Part shown: positions 57,890 to 64,000 of the stretch, in pieces
Layout: every line of letters begins with the position of its first letter
Numbering within the stretch: the first letter of the stretch is position 1
Assembly (NCBI GenBank): GCA_031370005.1
Contig: JANMPT010000110.1
Span: forward strand, 120,500-184,499
DNA: 64,000 bases
Reading direction: 5' to 3'
Source: Bdellovibrionales bacterium
Lineage (GTDB): Bacteria; Bdellovibrionota; Bdellovibrionia; Bdellovibrionales; Bdellovibrionaceae
Translations under genes and position numbers: made by a program
The notes under the pieces: model-generated
What the model saw: only the letters and a program-made list of their open reading frames with translations
Databases searched by the model: none
Told to the model about the DNA's origin: nothing

Positions 57890-58843
57890 ATGAAGGTTGT
57901 AGAACATATTCAAGGCGCTAAAGAAATTCTATTTAGTTACGAAATCGTACCACCTCCTCGTGGGCGGTCTGTAAAAGATATTATCGATGTGGTTAAAGAG
58001 TTGGCTCCACTGAACCCACCTTGGATTGATGTGACCTCACATAGCTCCACTGCGGACTTTCAAGAAAAATTAGATGGTACCATTCACAAGCGGACATTGC
58101 GCAAGCGACCAGGCACTCTGGGAATATGCGGAATCATTCAAAATCGTTTTAAAATTGATACTGTAGCCCATATGCTGTGTTTGGGCTTTACTCGGGAAGA
58201 GACTGAGGACGCGCTTATTGAATTAAATTTTTTGGGGATCGAGAATGTTTTAGCACTTAGAGGAGACGCCCCAAACTTTCAAAAAAAGGCTCGCGTGGAT
58301 CGCACCACGAATGAATTTGCTAAAGACCTTGTTGTTCAAATTAGAGATCTTGCTGAGGGTGGCTTTTTAGATGAGCTCGACAAGGCGTCTCCATTATGTT
58401 TTGGCATCGGTGTGGCCGGATACCCTGAGAAGCATTTCGAGGCCGCAAGTTTGAAGCTTGATATTCAAAATCTTAAAAAAAAGGTCGATGCTGGGGCGGA
58501 TTATATTGTAACTCAGATGTTTTTTGATAATCAAAAATATTTTGAGTTTGTGAAGCAATGTCGCGAGGCGGGTATTAAGGTTCCGATTATTCCTGGGCTT
58601 AAAGTTCTAAAATCGGTTCCTCAATTAAAGTCGATTCCCAAGAATTTTTATATCGATTTTCCAGATGCATTGGTTGATGAAGTTGCTGCAAGCCCCCAGC
58701 ATGTCAGTGAAATTGGCAAGAGATGGACTGAAAAACAAGTCGAAGAACTTTTGGCTTTTGGCGTTCAAACAGTTCACTTCTATGTTCTCAATGACGTTCT
58801 TGATGTGGTCGAAGTAGTCAAAAAATTTAAAAAAATTTACTGA
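57890..58843 (+). CDS. metF: 5,10-methylenetetrahydrofolate reductase
   Basis: SYEIVPP, LALRGD, VAGYPEKH, KKVDAGADYIVTQMFFD and HFYVLN motifs. Confidence 0.96.
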   Translation: MKVVEHIQGAKEILFSYEIVPPPRGRSVKDIIDVVKELAPLNPPWIDVTSHSSTADFQEKLDGTIHKRTLRKRPGTLGICGIIQNRFKIDTVAHMLCLGFTREETEDALIELNFLGIENVLALRGDAPNFQKKARVDRTTNEFAKDLVVQIRDLAEGGFLDELDKASPLCFGIGVAGYPEKHFEAASLKLDIQNLKKKVDAGADYIVTQMFFDNQKYFEFVKQCREAGIKVPIIPGLKVLKSVPQLKSIPKNFYIDFPDALVDEVAASPQHVSEIGKRWTEKQVEELLAFGVQTVHFYVLNDVLDVVEVVKKFKKIY

Positions 58844-58855
58844 AGGACTAAGCCG

Positions 58856-61800
58856 GTGATGAAAAAAAGTCCCCTTCTATTAGAACTTGAACAGACACTT
58901 CAAAAACGTTTGATGTTCATAGATGGAGCTATGGGAACTATGGTTCAGTTGCACAAGCTGAGCGAGGCAGACTATCGCGGCGAGAGATTTAAAAATCACC
59001 ATAAGGATCTAAAGGGGAATAATGACCTCTTGGTGTTAACCAAGCCTCAAGTAATCTACGATATACACTTTGCATATTTAGAAGCTGGCGCGGACATTAT
59101 TGAGACCAGCACCTTTAATGGAACCTCAATTGCTCAGACCGATTATGGCTTGGAATCCTTGGCTTTTGAGTTAAATAAAGAAGCTGCAGCTTTGGCTAAA
59201 AAAGCTTGTATCGATTACGAAAAAAAAACAGGGAAAAAGTGCTACGTCGCAGGTGCCCTTGGTCCTACGAATAGGACGGCATCCCTTAGCCCCGATGTGA
59301 ATAATCCTGGTTATCGCGCTGTCACTTTTGATGTACTGAAGGCCGCCTACAAAGAACAAACTTTGGGGCTTTTAGCCGGTGGCGTAGATATTTTATTGCC
59401 GGAAACTATATTTGATACTTTAAACGTAAAAGCGGCACTTTTTGCAATTTCTGAAGTTGAAGAGGAAAGGGGCGAGAAGCTTCCGCTGATGATTTCGGTC
59501 ACTATCACGGACCTTTCTGGCCGCACGCTTTCAGGGCAAACCGTCGAGGCGTTTTGGAACTCAGTTCGTCATGCAAAGCCTTTGAGCGTAGGTATTAACT
59601 GCGCCTTAGGTGCCAAAGAGATGCACCCTTATATTCGGGAACTCGCGCGTGTCGCTGATTGTGCGATTTCATGTTACCCGAATGCAGGCCTGCCAAACCC
59701 ATTGAGCCTTACAGGTTATGATGAGACTCCAGAGTCCTTGGCTTACCAATTAGGTCTTATGGCCAAAGAGGGAATTGTGAATGTTCTTGGAGGTTGTTGC
59801 GGAACAACGCCAAATCATATTCGCAAAATTACTGAAAACTTAGCTCACACTGAAGTTCGTCCGCGCTCAGCGAGGACCGCTGAGTCAATGTGCTTGAGCG
59901 GTCTTGAGCCCTTTAATTTTTCCAATTTTCGAGTAGGTCAAACGAGAAGTTTTGTGATGGTAGGGGAAAGAACCAATGTCACAGGCTCGCCAAAGTTTGC
60001 AAAACTCATCAAAGAGGATAAATACGATGAGGCCGTTGAGGTGGCGAGAAGTCAAGTTACTAGCGGCGCTAATATTTTGGATGTTAACTTTGACGAAGGC
60101 ATGATTGATGGTGCCAAAGCCATGACGCGTTATCTGAATTTGATTTCTGCTGAACCAGATGTGGCCAGAGTTCCAGTGATGGTGGATTCTTCTAAATGGG
60201 AGGTCATTGAAGCCGGGCTTAAGTGTTTGCAGGGAAAAAGCATTGTTAATTCGATTTCTTTGAAAGAGGGGGAAGAAATTTTTCTTAAGCAAGCTCGTCT
60301 CATTCAAAGATATGGCGCGGCGACAGTCGTGATGGCTTTTGATGAAAAGGGCCAAGCCGCTACCAAACAGGACAAAGTTCGTATATGTGAGCGTGCGTAT
60401 AATCTTTTAGTCAATGAAGTTGGTTTTGATCCTGCGGATATTATTTTCGATCCAAATATTTTAACTGTTGCGACAGGTATGGATGAACATAATAATTATG
60501 CTGTTGATTTTATTGAAGCCATCAGTGAAATTCGAGAAAAATGCCCTGAAGTTTCATTCTCGGGTGGTGTTTCGAATTTAAGTTTTAGTTTCCGTGGCAA
60601 CAATAAAGTCCGTGAAGCCATGCATGCGGTTTTCTTGTATCATGCTAGTCGTGCCGGTCTTGATATGGGGATTGTAAACGCAGGTATGCTCGAAGTTTAC
60701 GAAGAGATCCCTGTTCACATGCGTAAGCTTGTGGAAGCCGTTATTTTAAACAAAAACCCACACGCCGCCGAAGATCTTTTAAAAGAGGCGGAAATGTTTA
60801 AATCCACAAAAGGCCCTGAAAAAGCGGCCGATGTGGGCCTTGAGTGGCGTAAAAACTCATTACAAGATCGAATCACCCATGCACTTGTGAAAGGGATCGA
60901 CTCATATATTGTTGAGGATGCCGAAGAGGCTCGGCAGCAATTTGGTCGTCCTCTAAATGTTATTGAGGGGCCTTTGATGACCGGGATGAAGGTTGTTGGG
61001 GGGCTTTTTGGTGAAGGGAAAATGTTTTTACCTCAAGTGGTGAAAAGCGCGAGAGTCATGAAAAAAGCTGTGGCCTACCTTGAGCCTTTCATGGAGGAAG
61101 AGAAAAAGACCAAAACTGGTTTGCAAAGCCAAGGGACCTTGGTAATTGCGACAGTGAAAGGTGATGTCCATGATATTGGTAAAAATATCGTATCTGTTGT
61201 CATGGCCTGTAATGGTTATAGGATCGTCGATCTTGGGGTGATGGTTTCGGTGCAGAATATTATAAAAGCTGCTCAAGATGAAAAGGCTGATTTAATCGGT
61301 CTGAGTGGTTTGATTACGCCCTCTCTTGAGGAAATGGCCTTTAATCTAGGAGAATTTCAAAGAGCTGGATTTAAAACTCCAATCCTTATTGGTGGAGCCA
61401 CAACCAGCAAAGTGCATACAGCGGTTAAGCTTGATCCACACTATGAAGGGGTCGTTGCTCATGTGAATGATGCCTCCCTTGTTGTCGAAGTCGGCAATAA
61501 ACTTTTAAGTCCAAACACCAGAGTGGCCTATGCCCTGGAGACCAAAAATTTAAATTTAACTTTAAGGGAGAGCTACCTTAAAAGCGAGAGTGAGAATCAA
61601 AAAGTCTCCTTGCCAGAAGCACGTCAGAAGGCTTTCCGCTCGGATTGGTCACAAGTGGATCGTCCGGTGCCTTCAAGAACAGGGGTCTTTGAGATTCCAG
61701 TTTCCATTCAGGATGTCCGCCAATACATTGACTGGAGCCCCTTCTTTTGGGCTTGGGAAATGAAGGGCACCTATCCTAAAATTTTAACTGCAGAAAAATA

Positions 61801-62464
61801 TGGTGAAGAAGCCCAGAAACTTTTTGATGATGCTCAAGTGATTTTAAATCAAATGATAAGTGACAATTTGATTCATCCAAAAATTCTTGTAGGTATTTTT
61901 GGGGCTGACGCGAAAGATGAAAATGTTTTTATCTACTCGGAAAAAGGCGAACAAATCGAGACCTTGCACTTTGATCGCCAAACGCGAACGAAGGTTGTGA
62001 ATAATGATATCAATTATAGCTTGGCAGATTTTATCGCACCGAAAGCTTTGGGCCTTAAAGATCATTTAGGATTTTTCGCTGTCACTGCCGGCCCCGGTAT
62101 AGATATTATGGCTAAGAACTTCGAAAAAGCCTTGGATGATTACTCATCAATCATGGTGAAAGCCGTCGGTGACCGTTTGGCAGAAGCATTGGCTGAGTTC
62201 GCCCATAAAAACGTGCGCAGCATTTTCGGAATCCAAGAAAACCTTTCTAGCGAAGATTTGATTGCCGAAAAATACCGTAGTATTCGTCCAGCACCAGGAT
62301 ATCCCGCTTGCCCGGATCACTCTGAAAAGAAAAAGATATGGCGCTTGCTAGGTGTAGAAGAAAAAATCAGTATTTCCCTAACAGAGAACTACGCAATGAC
62401 CCCGCCGGCCAGTGTCTGCGGATTTTATTTCATGCATCCAAAAGCGAAGTACTTTGCTGTTTAG
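58856..62464 (+). CDS. metH: Cobalamin-dependent methionine synthase
   Basis: [31 protein letters not shown] (B12 His ligand), [12 protein letters not shown] activation domain. Confidence 0.98.
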   Translation: MMKKSPLLLELEQTLQKRLMFIDGAMGTMVQLHKLSEADYRGERFKNHHKDLKGNNDLLVLTKPQVIYDIHFAYLEAGADIIETSTFNGTSIAQTDYGLESLAFELNKEAAALAKKACIDYEKKTGKKCYVAGALGPTNRTASLSPDVNNPGYRAVTFDVLKAAYKEQTLGLLAGGVDILLPETIFDTLNVKAALFAISEVEEERGEKLPLMISVTITDLSGRTLSGQTVEAFWNSVRHAKPLSVGINCALGAKEMHPYIRELARVADCAISCYPNAGLPNPLSLTGYDETPESLAYQLGLMAKEGIVNVLGGCCGTTPNHIRKITENLAHTEVRPRSARTAESMCLSGLEPFNFSNFRVGQTRSFVMVGERTNVTGSPKFAKLIKEDKYDEAVEVARSQVTSGANILDVNFDEGMIDGAKAMTRYLNLISAEPDVARVPVMVDSSKWEVIEAGLKCLQGKSIVNSISLKEGEEIFLKQARLIQRYGAATVVMAFDEKGQAATKQDKVRICERAYNLLVNEVGFDPADIIFDPNILTVATGMDEHNNYAVDFIEAISEIREKCPEVSFSGGVSNLSFSFRGNNKVREAMHAVFLYHASRAGLDMGIVNAGMLEVYEEIPVHMRKLVEAVILNKNPHAAEDLLKEAEMFKSTKGPEKAADVGLEWRKNSLQDRITHALVKGIDSYIVEDAEEARQQFGRPLNVIEGPLMTGMKVVGGLFGEGKMFLPQVVKSARVMKKAVAYLEPFMEEEKKTKTGLQSQGTLVIATVKGDVHDIGKNIVSVVMACNGYRIVDLGVMVSVQNIIKAAQDEKADLIGLSGLITPSLEEMAFNLGEFQRAGFKTPILIGGATTSKVHTAVKLDPHYEGVVAHVNDASLVVEVGNKLLSPNTRVAYALETKNLNLTLRESYLKSESENQKVSLPEARQKAFRSDWSQVDRPVPSRTGVFEIPVSIQDVRQYIDWSPFFWAWEMKGTYPKILTAEKYGEEAQKLFDDAQVILNQMISDNLIHPKILVGIFGADAKDENVFIYSEKGEQIETLHFDRQTRTKVVNNDINYSLADFIAPKALGLKDHLGFFAVTAGPGIDIMAKNFEKALDDYSSIMVKAVGDRLAEALAEFAHKNVRSIFGIQENLSSEDLIAEKYRSIRPAPGYPACPDHSEKKKIWRLLGVEEKISISLTENYAMTPPASVCGFYFMHPKAKYFAV

Positions 62465-62660
62465 ATTCTCTCATAGCTATGTGGCAGCATTTAGAAGAGT
62501 AAAATAATTAAAACGAATAAAAACAGGCTCAGCTAGCTGAACTTTTTACATATTCATAATTGGAACATCAGGTATTCAAAAATAGGCGTATCGGATTTAA
62601 ATACCATCCACTACATTGCGTATCAGGATAAACACAAAAACAAACTTTAGGAGGATTTTA

Positions 62661-63191
62661 ATGAAAAAAATATTTACGTCAGTGCTTATGGGTCTCTTGT
62701 TCATAGGTGGTCAGGCCAATGCAACGAGTTTGATAACTTGTAATTTAGCTGGTACTGTTTCAAGAGAGGCGGTTCGTCTAAATTCTGTTACAGCACTTTT
62801 AGCAGCGACACCAACTCCACAGACTCCATATCAGACAGTTGAAGTTTTTAGTGATTTAGATCAAGCTTCAGGAACGCAAGTATTGAATGTAAAACAAGAT
62901 GGCATGTTAATTAGCCATAGTTTTCATGATAAGACTTTTGCAGACCGTTTCAATAAAACCCGTCGCTTATCGAGCAATAACCAAGATCAAAACAAAGAAT
63001 ATATTCAACTTAGAAACTTGGACATATCAGTTGGAACAGGTGATCTATCTAATTCGTTCTTGATTCAGCTTGATCCAAATAACAAAAACCAAGGAAACCT
63101 TTATTTAGTTAACGCTGAATGCGGTGGAAACCAAGGCTCTTCATGCGGAGAAGAAAAATGGTACGCATACGAGTGTTCCATTAAATGGTAG
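62661..63191 (+). CDS. Secreted Cys-containing hypothetical protein
   Basis: MKK signal peptide ..QANA after AGGAGG; four Cys; AT-rich coding sequence. Confidence 0.75.
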   Translation: MKKIFTSVLMGLLFIGGQANATSLITCNLAGTVSREAVRLNSVTALLAATPTPQTPYQTVEVFSDLDQASGTQVLNVKQDGMLISHSFHDKTFADRFNKTRRLSSNNQDQNKEYIQLRNLDISVGTGDLSNSFLIQLDPNNKNQGNLYLVNAECGGNQGSSCGEEKWYAYECSIKW

Positions 63192-63202
63192 CTACAAGAA
63201 TA

Positions 63203-63235
63203 GCCTGGGCTCGATGAATTAAATCGAACCCAGGC
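63203..63235. terminator. Stem-loop after the secreted protein gene
   Basis: GCCTGGGcTCGAT-gaattaa-ATCGAaCCCAGGC. Confidence 0.6.
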
Positions 63236-63421
63236 AGACAAACAGTTTATTAAAGAACTTCCATGTCATTTTTAGTTATCGCTTTAAGATTGATAAAAAT
63301 GGATCGGTGTATCCAAAACGTGACCCAGTGGAACTGGCATGATCAAAAAAACCTTGTTCGTCACCAAAAAAACTCATCAAATAATCAAAGTGAGATCGGA
63401 AAAGCCGGATGCGGCGAAAAT

Positions 63422-63670
63422 CTATCCTGAAAAAGGAGATAATATGGGCTTTGTATGTCCCCCTGCATTTTTTCTCCAGCAATGAATTGTGCTCACTGAA
63501 ACCCCCAGTTGATGGGCCGTCTTGTATCCACCGATTCGGTTTGCCAAATCAACGGCTTGTTGCTTAAACTCTGAAGGGTACCGACGATTTGTCTTCTTGC
63601 CCATATATTCCCCAACATTTCTGGACATCTCTGTCCGGTAAAATGTGTCCACTAAATCGGGGGAACTTCA
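63422..63670 (-). mobile_element. IS3-family remnant: left inverted repeat plus truncated OrfA
   Basis: Minus strand begins TGAAGTTCCCCCGATTTAGTGGACA (IS3-type end). ATG 63604 encodes RRYPSEFKQQAV..AHQLGVSVSTIHCW, an HTH that stops early; no OrfB or right end. Confidence 0.85.
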
Positions 63671-63766
63671 AAGTAGTGGTCGGAACGGTTGGATAAGAAC
63701 GAGTATCTACTTTTGAACAGGATTAAATATGGTGTTTAAATGCCCTATACCCGAAACCTTAATCGA

Positions 63767-64000
63767 ATGTTTAACTTAATTAAAAAAATTTCAAGCAAAG
63801 TTAATTTTCCTACTTGGCTATGGATTACACTTGGCGTTTTAATTACTATCCGCTTAATACTCATTGATAGTCAGTCGAAAGAAAAAAAACAATTAGGCAA
63901 TGACGAACCTGGATGGAAATCAGCTCTTGACGTCATCATTCCTATCAATGTTGAAAGTCTTAAAATTCATACCTCAGAAATCTATTTTTCAAATTATGAT
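63767..64000 (+). CDS. 5' part of an ORF running off the window; DUF748-like and apparently internally shortened
   Basis: Open frame of 78 codons: MFNLIKKISSKVNFPTWLWITLGVLITIRLILIDSQSKEKKQLGNDEPGWKSALDVIIPINVESLKIHTSEIYFSNYD. Not in the ORF track because it has no stop inside the window. Confidence 0.5.
   Translation, partial: MFNLIKKISSKVNFPTWLWITLGVLITIRLILIDSQSKEKKQLGNDEPGWKSALDVIIPINVESLKIHTSEIYFSNYD

Noticed and set aside
165..62065. Numerous 60-160 aa ORFs antisense to or out of frame within long genes
   Set aside because: They are shadows of well-supported genes, with no motifs or ribosome-binding sites.
3008..62660. Long N-terminal extensions in the ORF track (rpsO 3008, pnp 3469, gspL 24659, gspH 27731, actA 45111, actB 45680, 62616)
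   Set aside because: Downstream starts match family N-termini and mostly have better Shine-Dalgarno sites; some extensions overlap neighbouring genes.
63276..63482. 68-aa minus-strand ORF as IS3 OrfB reached by frameshift
   Set aside because: No integrase or DDE similarity and no right inverted repeat.
1..64000. CRISPR arrays, rRNA, tRNA, prophage or long tandem repeats
   Set aside because: Spacers are short and show no periodic repeats or RNA-gene signatures; no phage genes were recognised.

Overview
A 64 kb stretch of mostly core chromosome. Gene content and order suggest a Bdellovibrionota (Bdellovibrio-like) bacterium, which is an inference only. In order: infB (partial)-rbfA-truB-rpsO-pnp-M16 peptidase-dut; envelope hypotheticals; a GT2 polyprenol-phosphate glycosyltransferase; mutL-miaA-yicC-gmk-rpoZ-rel; a solitary REP-associated tyrosine transposase (RAYT) bounded by 26-bp imperfect inverted repeats; ssb; a complete type II secretion operon gspC-N; a periplasmic methionine-sulfoxide repair island (dipZ, msrB <- -> ECF sigma, NrsF-type anti-sigma, msrA); pduO-type adenosyltransferase; hutG-like hydrolase; system II cytochrome c maturation genes followed by alternative complex III (actABCDEF); an ATPase-less PAS-HisKA protein; a SWIM-SNF2 helicase; metF-metH; and an AT-rich end with an IS3 remnant. 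The best signals are: (1) two identical-consensus divergent TGTAACC-N16-CGAA ECF promoters driving two exported single-cysteine Msr enzymes plus DipZ; (2) the RAYT element, whose removal would rejoin two overlapping stop codons; (3) about eight genes whose -10 box sits 5-9 nt from an ATG with no Shine-Dalgarno, i.e. probable leaderless mRNAs; (4) several apparently catalytically dead or truncated enzymes. No rRNA, tRNA or CRISPR array was seen. All calls were made by eye without database searches.
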